Shown: positions 1 to 9,319 of the stretch, piece after piece
Layout of the letters: every line of letters starts with the position of its first letter
How positions within the stretch are numbered: position 1 is the first letter of the stretch
Assembly (NCBI GenBank): GCA_033551855.1
Contig: JAWSUI010000002.1
Location: 4,783 to 68,782, forward strand
DNA: 64,000 bases
Source: Deferrisomatales bacterium
Lineage (GTDB): Bacteria; Desulfobacterota; Deferrisomatia; Deferrisomatales; JACRMM01
Direction of reading: 5' to 3'
The notes under the pieces: model-generated
The model's input: only the letters and a program-made list of their open reading frames with translations
Told to the model about the DNA's origin: nothing
Databases searched by the model: none
Translations under genes and position numbers: made by a program

Positions 1-57
1 CGGGGCCTTCTTGATGCCCTTGCGGTCGCTGACGTTGATGGAGACCAGGGTGGCCAT
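1..57 (-). CDS. First 19 codons of a gene that runs off the left edge; MOSC-domain-like N-terminus
   Basis: ATG at 57-55 with AAGGAG 6 nt upstream. MATLVSINVSDRKGIKKAP resembles N-termini of MOSC-domain proteins. Too short to be sure. Confidence 0.35.
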   Translation of the reverse strand, partial: MATLVSINVSDRKGIKKAP

Positions 58-129
58 CGCTGCTCCTTGGGACTGCGTCTTGCGGGGTTGCCGGGCGGGA
101 TTCCGACCCCCTGCGGCCGCCCGGGCCTG

Positions 130-1158
130 CTACACCTTGCCCCTTCGGGCCAGAATGCGCAGGGCCCCGCCGCAAATCGGCGCGGGGACGTTGCGGCTCT
201 TCGAGATGGACCGGAGGTCCTGATCCTGGAGGGTCTCGAGCAGGCGAAGAGCCCGGGGGATGGGGGTCTTGGGGTTCTGGCTCAGGGCCAGGCGGAGCGG
301 GTAGTGCTTGAGCCAGTCCTTCCGGTCCAGGATGATCCGCAGGATCTCCTCGGAAACGGTCCGATCCTGGGCGATGGGCAGCACCTCGTCCTCCCGGATC
401 TTGGGGCTGCGGACCACCGCCCGCTGGACCACCCGGTTCGGGTCCCGGGCGAGGAGCCGCCGGGCCTCCTTGTTGCCCAGGGTGGCGAGCTTCACCTTCT
501 CGGAGACCGACAGCGACTGGACGAGCTGATAGACGTTCTTGGGGTCGGGCGGCGCCTCGGCCCCCGGCTCCTCGTCCAGGAGGGAGCGCGGCAGTTCTTC
601 GGGGAGCGCCACGTCTTCGAGGAGAGCATCTTCCGGCCCGGCCTCTTCGTCGGGGGGGGGCTGCGCCGCGCCGCACAGGGACGCGAGGCGGCTGCGCTCG
701 GCAGGGTGCAGCGCCGGGTTTTCCGCCAGCCGTCGGGCCACGTCGGGGTACGCCAACAGCACGCGCTGATTCCGGGCCATCGTGGCCAGGAGGGTTTCGT
801 CCCCCGAACCGATGAAACGCTCAAGGGTGCGCCGGCCCACCCGGCCGTGGGCCACCACCCGCAGGAGGAGCCCAGGATCGGAGGGGTCCCGGGCGGCTAC
901 GAGATCCAGCACCGTGTCGGGGAGGCGGGGGTCCTCCACGGCTCCGGCGAACAGGAAGGCGGGAGTTTCCTCCCAGGCCCGTCGGGAGGCGTGGCGGACC
1001 GCCTCCGAGGGGTCGGCCAGGAGCAGGGCGAGAGTCACCAGGCGATCGGCAGGGGGCAGGGGGATCGCCCCCCGCGCCGCGGCGAGGCGAAGGGCCTCGG
1101 GAGCCGACGGCGCCACGCAGCGGGTCACCGCTTCGTGTAGGGGGAACCCGCCGGTCAC
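130..1158 (-). CDS. Hypothetical alpha-helical repeat protein (HEAT/ARM-like); family not recognised
   Basis: ORF 130-1260 trimmed to the GTG at 1158-1156, which forms a GTGA overlap with the stop of the upstream SPOR gene. Same direction as neighbouring genes and not a shadow of any other gene. Confidence 0.6.
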   Translation of the reverse strand: MTGGFPLHEAVTRCVAPSAPEALRLAAARGAIPLPPADRLVTLALLLADPSEAVRHASRRAWEETPAFLFAGAVEDPRLPDTVLDLVAARDPSDPGLLLRVVAHGRVGRRTLERFIGSGDETLLATMARNQRVLLAYPDVARRLAENPALHPAERSRLASLCGAAQPPPDEEAGPEDALLEDVALPEELPRSLLDEEPGAEAPPDPKNVYQLVQSLSVSEKVKLATLGNKEARRLLARDPNRVVQRAVVRSPKIREDEVLPIAQDRTVSEEILRIILDRKDWLKHYPLRLALSQNPKTPIPRALRLLETLQDQDLRSISKSRNVPAPICGGALRILARRGKV

Positions 1159-2117
1159 GGCCTCCTCCTCAGGTAGGTTTCGATCCCGTGGCGGCCGAGG
1201 AGGAGCGCCCTGGTTTCCCGGGCTTCGGCCTCCGAGTAGGGGCCAGCAAAGACGGTCCACAAGGGCATCTCCCCCTCGACCCGCGACACCTGGACCGGGA
1301 GCCCCGCCTCGGCCAGGAGCTCCCGGGCGAGCCCGGCTTCCCTCTCCAGGAAGAAGCGGGCCTCTACTCCCGCCCCCGAGACCCGGTAGAGGAATCCGGC
1401 CCGGTCCAGGGTCTGGGCGGCCCGGGCCCGAGTGGCCGCATCCTCGGAAAGGACCGTGACGCGGAAGAACACCCCCTGGCGGGCGCCCTCGACCCGGTAG
1501 TGGGGAATCCCTAGGCCGTCGAGGCGGTCCTCCGCCTGCCTCCGGTACTCCTGGCTGCGGAACACCCCCACTTGGAGGACGTGGCTCCCCGGCCGGGGTG
1601 CCGGGGCGGTCTCGGCCACGGCCCGGCTCGGTTCCTCGGGCCCCGCGTCCGGAGGCTCGGTCGTGTCGGGCGGCGGCTCCTCCGTTGCGATGTCCGGCTC
1701 CGGCAGGGATTCCGGGGGCGGGAACGGCGGGGGGACGAGGGCGGTTTCGGGGGGTTCCGCCGGAGGCTCGGGCGGTTCTGCCGAGGGCTCTGACGTCTCG
1801 ACCGGGGCCTCGGGCTGCGCAGGCCCGTCAGGCGAGGGGGCTGCCGCCACCCTCACCTCGCGCACCTCGGGGCCGAAGCGGGCCCCGAGGTGCGGCGACG
1901 CAGGGGGCAACTCGGCGGTCGCCGCCGCGGGAGGCGGGACGGGGCTGACCTCCTGGCGGCCCTCGATGCGGTCCCGCAGCAGCACCCCGGCAACCTGGGC
2001 GCCGGCGAAGAGCGCCAGCAGGACCAGGGCTACAGTGGGTCCAAGGGGGCTGCGGCGAGCCCGGTGCCTCCCCCCCGCTGCAGGCCGGGGGGGATTCTCG
2101 GCAGGCAAAGACGCCAC
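1155..2117 (-). CDS. SPOR-domain protein (TM anchor, Pro/Glu-rich linker, C-terminal SPOR-like repeats)
   Basis: TM segment VALVLLALFAGAQVAGVLL and a PEPP-rich linker. C-terminal HVLQVGVFRSQEYRRQAEDRL and WTVFAGPYSEAEARETRALL are typical of SPOR peptidoglycan-binding repeats. Confidence 0.75.
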   Translation of the reverse strand: MASLPAENPPRPAAGGRHRARRSPLGPTVALVLLALFAGAQVAGVLLRDRIEGRQEVSPVPPPAAATAELPPASPHLGARFGPEVREVRVAAAPSPDGPAQPEAPVETSEPSAEPPEPPAEPPETALVPPPFPPPESLPEPDIATEEPPPDTTEPPDAGPEEPSRAVAETAPAPRPGSHVLQVGVFRSQEYRRQAEDRLDGLGIPHYRVEGARQGVFFRVTVLSEDAATRARAAQTLDRAGFLYRVSGAGVEARFFLEREAGLARELLAEAGLPVQVSRVEGEMPLWTVFAGPYSEAEARETRALLLGRHGIETYLRRRP

Positions 2118-2126
2118 GAGGCGCCC

Positions 2127-4211
2127 CTACGCCTCTCCCCGCTCGGCCTTGACCTCCGCCGCGATCTTCTCGGCGGCGTAGGGAGGGACTTCGTCGTAGT
2201 GGTCGAACTTCATCGTGTAGGTGCCCCGGCCAGAGGTCATCGACCGCAGGTCCGGGGCGTACTCGAGCATCTCGGCCAGGGGCACGTTCGCCTTGATCTC
2301 CTGGGTGCCGTCCCGGGGGTCCACCCCCAGGACTCGGCCCCGACGGGAGTTGAGGTCGCCGATGACGTCCCCCATCTGCGCGTCGGGGACCCGCACCACG
2401 ACCTCCATGATCGGCTCCAGGAGCACGGGCTTGCACTCCACGGCCCCCTTCTTGAATCCTAGGGAGCCCGCGATCTTGAACGCCATTTCCGAGGAGTCCA
2501 CGTCGTGGTACTTGCCGTCGAAGAGCGTGACCTCCACGTCCACCAGGGGGTACCCCGCCAGGATGCCCCCCTGCATCGCCTCGAAGATGCCCTCTTCCAC
2601 GGCGGGGATGTACTGCCGGGGAATGGCGCCCCCCACGATCTTGTCGACGAACCGGAAGCCTTCGCCCCGGGGCAGGGGGCGGATCTCGATCCAGGTGTCC
2701 CCGAACTGCCCGCGCCCGCCCGTCTGCTTCTTGTACCGGCCCTGGACCTTGGTGGAGCCCTTGAGGGTCTCCCGATAGGGCACCTTCATCCGCTTCAGCT
2801 CCACGTCGGCGGCGTACTTGCGCTTCATGCGCTCGCACAGGATGTCCAGGTGGAGCCGGCCCATGCCCGAGACCAGGAGCTCGTGGGTCTGCTCCTCCCG
2901 GCCCAGGCGCAGGGTGGGGTCCTCGTCCTGCATCCGCCGGAGGCCCTGCCCCATCTTCTCCTCGTCGCCGCGGGCCTTGGGGTAGGCCGCGAGGGTCATG
3001 AGGGGCTCCGGAGGCGAGGGCAGGGTGTACCGGATGGGCTGCGCCTTGGCCGCCAGGGTGTCGCCCGAACCGGTCACCTTGAGCTTCGCCAGGGCCAGGA
3101 TGTCCCCCGCGGTGGCCGCCGCCGCGGGTTTGGTCTCTTTGCCCAGGAGCGTCAGGATCTGCCCCACCCGCTCCTCCTCCTCCCGGGTCACGTTCCAGAC
3201 CGAGGAGTCGGAGGAGAGGGAGCCGCTGAACACCCGGAAGATGTTCAGGCGCCCGGTGAAGGGGTCGGAGATCGTCTTGAACACCAGCGCGGAGAAGGGG
3301 GCGTCCTCCGCCGGGGCCCGCGTGGCCTCGGCCCCGTCGGGGGCGGTGCCCCGGGCCTCCCCGCGGTCCGCCGGCGAGGGGGCGGCGTCCACCAGGAATT
3401 CCAGCAGAGCCCCCGCCCCGATGTTCTTGGCTGCCGAGCCAACCAGGACCGGCACGAACTGGCGGCCGAGCACCCCGAGGCGAAGGGCCCGCGAGAGCTC
3501 GGCAGCACCTATTTCCTGGCCGTCGAAATACTTCTCCATGAGGGCATCGTCCGTCTCCACGAGGTGCTCCACGAGAGCGTCGCGGGCGGAGCGGGCGGCG
3601 TCCGCCAGCTCCGCCGGGACCGGGCCCTCCACCGGCTTCCCGGTCGTGTCGCCGAAGGTGCAGGCGACCATGCGGAGCAGGTCCACGTACCCTCGGAAGC
3701 CGGACTCGGCCCCGATGGGCAGGTGCAGGGGGACGAAGGTGGCGTCGAAGCCCTCGGCCAGGGCACCCAGGGCGGCCTCGAAGCGGGAGTTCTCCTTGTC
3801 GAGGCGGTTGACGAAGACGACCCGGGGAAGGTCGAGCCCGTCGGCATAGCCCCAGAGCTTTTCCGTCTCGAACTTGATGCCCCCCACTTCGGCGCTCACG
3901 ACCACGGCGGCGACGTCCGCGGCGCTGAGGGCCGTTTGGGCCTCGTAGAGGAACACGTCGTAGCCCGGGGTGTCGAGCAGGTTGATCTTGTGCTTCCGGT
4001 GCTCGAAGGAGGCCAGAGAAGTGGAGATGCTGAGGTTGTGGCTCTTCTCTTCGGGCTCGAAGTCCAGGAGAGAGGACCCGTCGTCCACTTTCCCGAGGCG
4101 GGTGGTCACCCCGGCCGTGAAGAGGAGGGCCTCCCCCAGGGTGGTCTTGCCGGCTCCGCCGTTGCCCACCAGGGCCACGTTGCGGATGTTGCCCACCTCG
4201 AACTTCTTCAT
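2127..4211 (-). CDS. Elongation factor G paralogue (EF-G2-type translational GTPase)
   Basis: 694 aa with G1 GNGGAGKTT, G3 DTPGY and G4 NRLD. EF-G domain II-V homology throughout (e.g. YHDVDSSEMAFKIAG). Not in an rpsL-rpsG-fusA-tuf context, so probably the second EF-G copy. Confidence 0.9.
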   Translation of the reverse strand: MKKFEVGNIRNVALVGNGGAGKTTLGEALLFTAGVTTRLGKVDDGSSLLDFEPEEKSHNLSISTSLASFEHRKHKINLLDTPGYDVFLYEAQTALSAADVAAVVVSAEVGGIKFETEKLWGYADGLDLPRVVFVNRLDKENSRFEAALGALAEGFDATFVPLHLPIGAESGFRGYVDLLRMVACTFGDTTGKPVEGPVPAELADAARSARDALVEHLVETDDALMEKYFDGQEIGAAELSRALRLGVLGRQFVPVLVGSAAKNIGAGALLEFLVDAAPSPADRGEARGTAPDGAEATRAPAEDAPFSALVFKTISDPFTGRLNIFRVFSGSLSSDSSVWNVTREEEERVGQILTLLGKETKPAAAATAGDILALAKLKVTGSGDTLAAKAQPIRYTLPSPPEPLMTLAAYPKARGDEEKMGQGLRRMQDEDPTLRLGREEQTHELLVSGMGRLHLDILCERMKRKYAADVELKRMKVPYRETLKGSTKVQGRYKKQTGGRGQFGDTWIEIRPLPRGEGFRFVDKIVGGAIPRQYIPAVEEGIFEAMQGGILAGYPLVDVEVTLFDGKYHDVDSSEMAFKIAGSLGFKKGAVECKPVLLEPIMEVVVRVPDAQMGDVIGDLNSRRGRVLGVDPRDGTQEIKANVPLAEMLEYAPDLRSMTSGRGTYTMKFDHYDEVPPYAAEKIAAEVKAERGEA

Positions 4212-4290
4212 GCCCGCTCCTTTCTTCCTGGGTCGCGCGTTCGGCGCGGGGGCACCGCCGCCCCTCGGGGCGCGGAGCCCGGCCGGCGCT

Positions 4291-5094
4291 TCACGTCTGG
4301 CAATTCTCCTCTGCCGTGTTTCGCTCGTGGATGATGCGCAGCCCCTCGAGGGTCAGCAACTCGTCCACGTGGTCGATGTGCTTGGTTTCCTCGGCGATGA
4401 CCGCCGCCAGGCCCCCCGTGGCCACCACCGCGGGGTTGCCGCCCACCTCCCGGCTGAGCCGCTCGATGAGGCCGTCCACGAGGGAAGCGTACCCGAACCA
4501 GGTGCCCGACTGCATCGACTGGACCGTGTTCCGGCCGAGGACCCGGGCGGGGCGCGCCAGGGCCACTTTGGGCAACTTGCTCGTCCGGGCGAAGAGGGCT
4601 TCCATGGCGATCGCCAGCCCCGGCGCGATCATCCCGCCCATGTACCCCCCCTCGGCGCTGACGTAGTCGAAGGTGGTCGCGGTGCCGAAGTCCACGATGA
4701 TCAGGGCGGACTTGTACTTGTCGTAGCCCGCCACCGCGTTCACGATGCGGTCGGCGCCCACCTCCCGGGGGTCCTCGTAGTGGATCGGCATCCCGGTGCG
4801 CACACCGGGGCCGACCACGAGGGGCTTTCGGTGCAGGTACTCCTGGGCCACTTCCTCGAAGGTGGGGGTCAGGGCCGGGACGACCGAGGAGATGGCGATC
4901 CCGTGGATGTCCGACACGTCCACCCCGGCCAACTGGAACAGGCTGCGCAGGAGCACTCCCAACTCGTCGGGGGTGCGGTGGGTCTCGGACGCGATGCGCC
5001 AGTGGCCCAGCAGTTCCTTGCCCTGGTAGACCCCCAGGACGGTGTGAGTATTGCCGACGTCCACCACCAGCAGAAGTGATCGGCCTCGGCTCAT
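4291..5094 (-). CDS. coaX: Type III pantothenate kinase
   Basis: ORF 4291-5556 trimmed to ATG 5094-5092 (ATGA overlap with the birA stop). N-terminus LLLVVDVGNTHTVLGVY carries the DxGNT motif of type III PanK. Confidence 0.9.
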   Translation of the reverse strand: MSRGRSLLLVVDVGNTHTVLGVYQGKELLGHWRIASETHRTPDELGVLLRSLFQLAGVDVSDIHGIAISSVVPALTPTFEEVAQEYLHRKPLVVGPGVRTGMPIHYEDPREVGADRIVNAVAGYDKYKSALIIVDFGTATTFDYVSAEGGYMGGMIAPGLAIAMEALFARTSKLPKVALARPARVLGRNTVQSMQSGTWFGYASLVDGLIERLSREVGGNPAVVATGGLAAVIAEETKHIDHVDELLTLEGLRIIHERNTAEENCQT

Positions 5095-6092
5095 GGCACC
5101 CTCGTGGTGCTTCGTTCCACGTCCCCCGCAAAGATCTCGCGGACCGGGGCCCCCTTCCCGGTGTCCACCAGGAGTGACCCCGTCGGCCCCAGGCCGACGG
5201 CCCTGCCCTCCACCGTGCCCCCGGGGGTCTGGACCCGGACCGCCTGTCCCTGGAGGCGAAACCACCGGTGCCAGCGGGGCAGCAGTGCCTCGAGGCCGGT
5301 CTGCAGGAAGTCCTCGTACGCGCTCTCGAAGGCTTCCAGGAACGCGCACAGGACCTCGGAGCGACGGGGGGGCGGGCAGGTCCACGCCGCCACGGTGGTG
5401 CAGAGGTCGCGAATCGCGGTCGGGTACTCGGCCGGATCCCCCTCCACGTTGACGCCCACCCCGAGGATCACGTGCTCGGTCCGCTGCCCCTCCGCCCGCA
5501 TCTCCAGGAGGATGCCGGCCACCTTTCGGCCGCCCAGGAGGACGTCGTTGGGCCACTTGAGCTCGAGAGCCTGCGGCGGCACCCAGCGGGCAAGGGCCTC
5601 CGCGAGGGCCACCGCCGCCGCGAAGGTCAGGGGCGGGGTCTGTGCCGCGGGCAGGGGGGGGCGAAGGAGGAGGCTGAACAGGAGAGAGCGGCCGGGCAGG
5701 TCGGCCCAGGTGCGCCCCAGGCGCCCCCTCCCGGCGGTCTGGCGTTCTGCCAGGACCAGGGCGCCCTCCGGAGCCCCGGCGCCGGCCCAGCGTTCCGCCT
5801 CTCGGTTCGTGGAGTCGACGGAGCTGCAGTGGCGGGCGGGGCGGCCCAGGCGGCGGGTGCGCAGCGTGGCCGCGAGCTCTCCCGGCCTCAGGCCGGACCC
5901 TTGCTGGGTCAGGCGGTACCCGCGGGCCGGCAGGCTCTCCACCGGGTAGCCGTGACCCCGCAAGGACTCCACCCCCTTCCAGACGGCCGCCCGGGTCACC
6001 CCCATCCGCGCGGCGAGGTGCTGCCCGGAGACCGGAGTACCGCCGGCTTCGACGAGCCGGCGGAGGATCTCGTCGGCGAGGGTGGGCACCAT
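5091..6092 (-). CDS. birA: Bifunctional biotin-[acetyl-CoA-carboxylase] ligase / biotin operon repressor
   Basis: N-terminal wHTH (GQHLAARMGVTRAAVWKGVESLR) plus the biotin-ligase motif GRGRLGRTW. Confidence 0.9.
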   Translation of the reverse strand: MVPTLADEILRRLVEAGGTPVSGQHLAARMGVTRAAVWKGVESLRGHGYPVESLPARGYRLTQQGSGLRPGELAATLRTRRLGRPARHCSSVDSTNREAERWAGAGAPEGALVLAERQTAGRGRLGRTWADLPGRSLLFSLLLRPPLPAAQTPPLTFAAAVALAEALARWVPPQALELKWPNDVLLGGRKVAGILLEMRAEGQRTEHVILGVGVNVEGDPAEYPTAIRDLCTTVAAWTCPPPRRSEVLCAFLEAFESAYEDFLQTGLEALLPRWHRWFRLQGQAVRVQTPGGTVEGRAVGLGPTGSLLVDTGKGAPVREIFAGDVERSTTRVP

Positions 6093-6493
6093 CGGGACCC
6101 CTTTAGAGAAAAGCCTTCTGATAACGGAAACTTCCAGTTTTGAGGCGGGCCGCTACCTTAGCAGAGGAGCCGAAAAAGTGTCAACCGGAGAAAGGAGGGA
6201 CCGGCCCGGGAAATCCTCGACACTGCGGAGCTTTCGCGCCCGCACCGCGCCCGGAAGGGCGGGTGGTCGAAATGCCTGCGCACCCGGTGGCGGCCCGTTC
6301 CGGGCCAGCCTTCGGAGCCACCCGTGGTTCCGCAGGTGCAGTGACCCGGTCTCTCGCCGGAGGAACCGAGGGTCTCTGGGGCGGCCGGGTCGGGGCCGGG
6401 GGGGCCATGGGGCTGCCCCTGGCGGCACCTGCCGCCAGGGGCAAGCTTCGGGGGCAAGGGCCGTCGGCAGCAAGTGCTGTCAGTAGCAAGTGC

Positions 6494-6523
6494 TTGACGG
6501 GCGGCGCCGCCCCATGGTATCAG
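6494..6523 (+). promoter_or_regulatory. Sigma70-like promoter candidate (TTGACG -35, 18-nt spacer, extended -10 TGgTATCAG) about 170 nt upstream of panC
   Basis: TTGACG at 6494-6499 and TG at 6515-6516 followed by TATCAG at 6518-6523. Two copies of AGCAAGTGCT (6469-6478, 6485-6494) abut the -35. Confidence 0.35.
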
Positions 6524-6698
6524 CACGCCACCGCTTGGAGCCGGGCAGCCGGACCGGGACGGGGAAGATCGATGAGGACGTACCGCCCACGGCGGCCCGT
6601 CCGGCAGCGGCGCGCGGGGGGACCCCCGAGGGCGCCGTTGGAGAGATCTGGCGCTCCCCGGCCCCCCGGTGGGCGCCTTCGTCGTTTGGGGTGCGGAC

Positions 6699-7589
6699 AT
6701 GGTAACGGTGCAGCGGGGGGACGAGGTGCGAGGGGTTTCCCGGGCGGCCCGGGCCGGGGGGGCTCGGGTGGCGCTCGTCCCGACCATGGGCTGTCTGCAC
6801 GAGGGGCACCTGGAGCTGGTACGAGCCGCGAAGGGGCTGGCAGGGCTCACGGTGGTCTCGATCTTCGTCAACCCCACCCAGTTCGGCCCGGGCGAGGACT
6901 TCGACCGCTACCCGCGGGCCCTGGAGCGCGACGCGGCCCTGTTGCGGGCCGAGGGGGTGGATGTGCTCTTCGCCCCCCCCGTGGAGGAAATGTACCCCCC
7001 CGGGTTCGGGACCTTTGTGAACGTCGAGCGTCTGGCCGAGCCCCTGTGCGGGGCGCGGCGGCCCGGGCACTTCCGCGGGGTCGCCACCGTGGTGGCCAAG
7101 CTCTTCCACGCGGTGGAGCCGGACGTGGCGGTCTTCGGGGAGAAGGACTACCAGCAGCTCCAGGTGATCCGCCGCATGGTGACGGATCTGCAGATGCCCG
7201 TGACCGTCGTCGGGGTTCCCACCGTGCGCGAAGCCGACGGCCTGGCCCTGTCGAGCCGGAACACGTACCTTACCGGGCCGGAGCGGGAGCAGGCCCTGGG
7301 TCTGCACCGGGCGCTCGAGCGGGCCCAGGGGTTGATGGACGCCGGGGAGGAGCGCCCCGAGGCGCTGGAAGAGGCCGCCCGCGGGGTCCTCGAGGCCGCG
7401 GGGCTGCGGGTGGACTACGCGGAGGTCCGCCACCCGGAGACCCTGGAGCGGATGGACCGAGCGGCGCCCCGCGCACTTCTGGCACTGGCCGCCTACGCCG
7501 GGCAGACCCGCCTGATCGACAACCGGGTCCTGGTGGCGCCCGGGGTGGGCGAAGGCGGGGGCGGGCCCGCTGCGTGCCCGAACGGATGA
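6699..7589 (+). CDS. panC: Pantoate--beta-alanine ligase
   Basis: [18 protein letters not shown] (HxGH motif) lies 28 aa from the chosen ATG, as in characterised PanC. The ORF start at 6669 was trimmed to ATG 6699. Confidence 0.93.
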   Translation: MVTVQRGDEVRGVSRAARAGGARVALVPTMGCLHEGHLELVRAAKGLAGLTVVSIFVNPTQFGPGEDFDRYPRALERDAALLRAEGVDVLFAPPVEEMYPPGFGTFVNVERLAEPLCGARRPGHFRGVATVVAKLFHAVEPDVAVFGEKDYQQLQVIRRMVTDLQMPVTVVGVPTVREADGLALSSRNTYLTGPEREQALGLHRALERAQGLMDAGEERPEALEEAARGVLEAAGLRVDYAEVRHPETLERMDRAAPRALLALAAYAGQTRLIDNRVLVAPGVGEGGGGPAACPNG

Positions 7590-7704
7590 GGGGTCGGGAG
7601 AGAGCCGAGACCCGGTGTGCCGCGCCCGGAAACGGACGGAGGCGCTCCCCCCGGCGCGTCTCCCGCCGACACGAGACTTCGCTGCCGACCGAGGAGTTTT
7701 GCCC

Positions 7705-8067
7705 ATGAACCGATGCATGCTCAAAGGGAAGATCCACCGCGCCACCGTCACCGGAGCCGACCTCCATTACGAGGGCAGTATCACGATCGACCGCGATCTG
7801 ATGGATGCGGCCGACATCCTGCCCTACGAGGAGGTGCGCATCTACAACGTGAACAACGGGGAGCGGTTCGAGACCTACGCCATCCCGGGCGCCCCGGGAG
7901 GGGGTGAGATCTGCCTCAACGGGGCGGCGGCCCACAAGGTCTCCCTGGGAGACATTGTCATCATCGCGTGCTTTGCCTCGGTGGAGGAAGAGCGGGCCCG
8001 CACGTGGCAGCCCAGCCTGGTCTACGTGGACGGTGCCAATCGGGTTGCCCACCGGAAGGCCGCCTGA
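7705..8067 (+). CDS. panD: Aspartate 1-decarboxylase proenzyme
   Basis: [25 protein letters not shown] contains the Gly-Ser self-cleavage site. ORF 7615 trimmed to ATG 7705. Confidence 0.93.
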   Translation: MNRCMLKGKIHRATVTGADLHYEGSITIDRDLMDAADILPYEEVRIYNVNNGERFETYAIPGAPGGGEICLNGAAAHKVSLGDIVIIACFASVEEERARTWQPSLVYVDGANRVAHRKAA

Positions 8068-8071
8068 TCCT

Positions 8072-9313
8072 TTGCTGCGGATCACCGCCCCCTGGCTGAT
8101 CCCGTTGGAGGGCCCCCCCGTGGAGGGAGGGGCCCTTCTCGTGTCCGGGAGCCGCATTGCCGCCGTCGGACGCGCCCGGGAGCTGGCGGGCCGGTGGCCG
8201 GAGGCGGAGCGGATCGACCTCGACGGGTGCGCTCTCCTGCCGGCCTTGGTGAACGCCCACTGCCACCTGGAGCTCAGCGCCCTGGGGGATCCCCCCCGGG
8301 AGACGGGCTTCGTCCCGTGGCTCCTGGAGGTGATCCGGCGCAAGCGAGCCGCTTCCGGGCAGGACTGGGAGAGGAGTCTGGCGGAGGGGGTGCGGGAGTG
8401 TGCGGAGACGGGTCAGGGCACGGTGGCGGACATTCTTTCGATTCGGGAAGGGGCTGCGTATCCCTCGGACGGGCCCGATGTCCTTGCCTTCGCCGAGGTC
8501 ATCGCCCCCCGACCGTCCCGGGCCCGCGGGGTCGTGAAAGGGGCGGTGGCCGCGCGCACCCGGGGCGGGGTGCGCCTGGCGGGGCTCTCCCCCCACTCTC
8601 CCTACACCGCGTGTGCCGAGGCCTACCTGGCGTGCGCCCGGGAGGCGGAAGTTCGGGGTTGGCGCCTCGTCACCCACGTGGCCGAGACCGCTGGAGAGGT
8701 CTCGTTCTGCTTGGACGAGGAGGAGGACCTCACCCCGCTCCTCTACTCTCCCCTGTCGATGGGCCCCCCGCCGCGACCCGGAGCGCACCCGGTGAAGTGG
8801 CTCGACCGGCTCGGGCTGCTGGGCCCTCGCACCGTCTTGGTCCACGCGGTTCACCTGGGTCCTTCCGAGGTGGCCACCGTGGGCCGGAGCGGTGCCGCGG
8901 TGGTGCTCTGCCCCCGGAGCAACCGCCGCTTCGGGTCGTTCAGGGCCCCGGGCCGGGCCCTCCTCGAGGCGGGGGTTCCGGTGGGGTTGGGTACCGACAG
9001 TCGGCTCTCGGCGGGGGATCTGGACCTGCGCCGGGATGCGGCGGCGGCGGTGGAGGACTACGGGTGGAGCCCGGCCGAAGCCCTGTGGGCGGCGACCCGG
9101 GGCAGCGCGCGGGTCCTGGGGTTGGCCGATCGGGGTGCTCTAGTGGCCGGCGCCCGGGCTGATATACTGGCAGTCCGGGTGGGGGCAGGGCTCGATCCGT
9201 GGGAGCAGGTCCTGGCCGGGGAGGCCGTCGAGGCCCTCTGGATCCGGGGGGAGCGGTGGGAATCTCGGGCACCGTGGCCGGACAAGGCGGGCGCGCGGCC
9301 CGTGAGAGAGTGA
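8072..9313 (+). CDS. Metal-dependent amidohydrolase (chlorohydrolase/aminohydrolase family; substrate unknown)
   Basis: HxH metal motif in LLPALVNAHCHLELS and later HAVH and GTDS motifs. Start placed at TTG 8072 just after the panD stop (start uncertain). Confidence 0.75.
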   Translation: MLRITAPWLIPLEGPPVEGGALLVSGSRIAAVGRARELAGRWPEAERIDLDGCALLPALVNAHCHLELSALGDPPRETGFVPWLLEVIRRKRAASGQDWERSLAEGVRECAETGQGTVADILSIREGAAYPSDGPDVLAFAEVIAPRPSRARGVVKGAVAARTRGGVRLAGLSPHSPYTACAEAYLACAREAEVRGWRLVTHVAETAGEVSFCLDEEEDLTPLLYSPLSMGPPPRPGAHPVKWLDRLGLLGPRTVLVHAVHLGPSEVATVGRSGAAVVLCPRSNRRFGSFRAPGRALLEAGVPVGLGTDSRLSAGDLDLRRDAAAAVEDYGWSPAEALWAATRGSARVLGLADRGALVAGARADILAVRVGAGLDPWEQVLAGEAVEALWIRGERWESRAPWPDKAGARPVRE

Positions 9314-9319
9314 GGCGGC

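Noticed and set aside
2505-4334. Long ORFs antisense to, or out of frame with, confidently identified genes. Examples are 67-1140 +, 2505-4334 +, 6480-7751 -, 11927-13321 -, 16152-18095 -, 19535-21400 -, 21657-23321 -, 24638-26317 -, 35403-37334 - and 56335-57096 +.
   Set aside because: Each overlaps a gene with strong family motifs on the other strand or in another frame. Their translations are R/P/G/A-rich low-complexity strings, typical of shadow ORFs in ~70% GC DNA where stop codons are rare.
4291-5556. Long N-terminal extensions in the supplied ORF track. Examples are coaX to 5556, glmM from 15888, acpS from 18288, nnr from 19136, lpdA from 21615, lysC from 22079, nadD from 39967, tatD from 46764, the UvrA-like gene to 59769 and serpin from 32634.
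   Set aside because: The extensions overlap the preceding gene in another frame, are R/P/G-rich, and precede conserved family N-termini that begin at ATG/GTG/TTG codons forming NTGA overlaps or carrying an RBS. They were trimmed accordingly.
6093-6698. RNase P RNA, SRP (4.5S) RNA, tmRNA or 6S RNA in the long birA|panC gap.
   Set aside because: The diagnostic motifs are not present: GAGGAAAGUCCGGGC for RNase P, CAGGUCCGGAAGGAAGCAGC for SRP, and a tRNA-like GGTTCGA...CCA end for tmRNA. 6S RNA cannot be excluded by sequence alone, but nothing specifically supports it.
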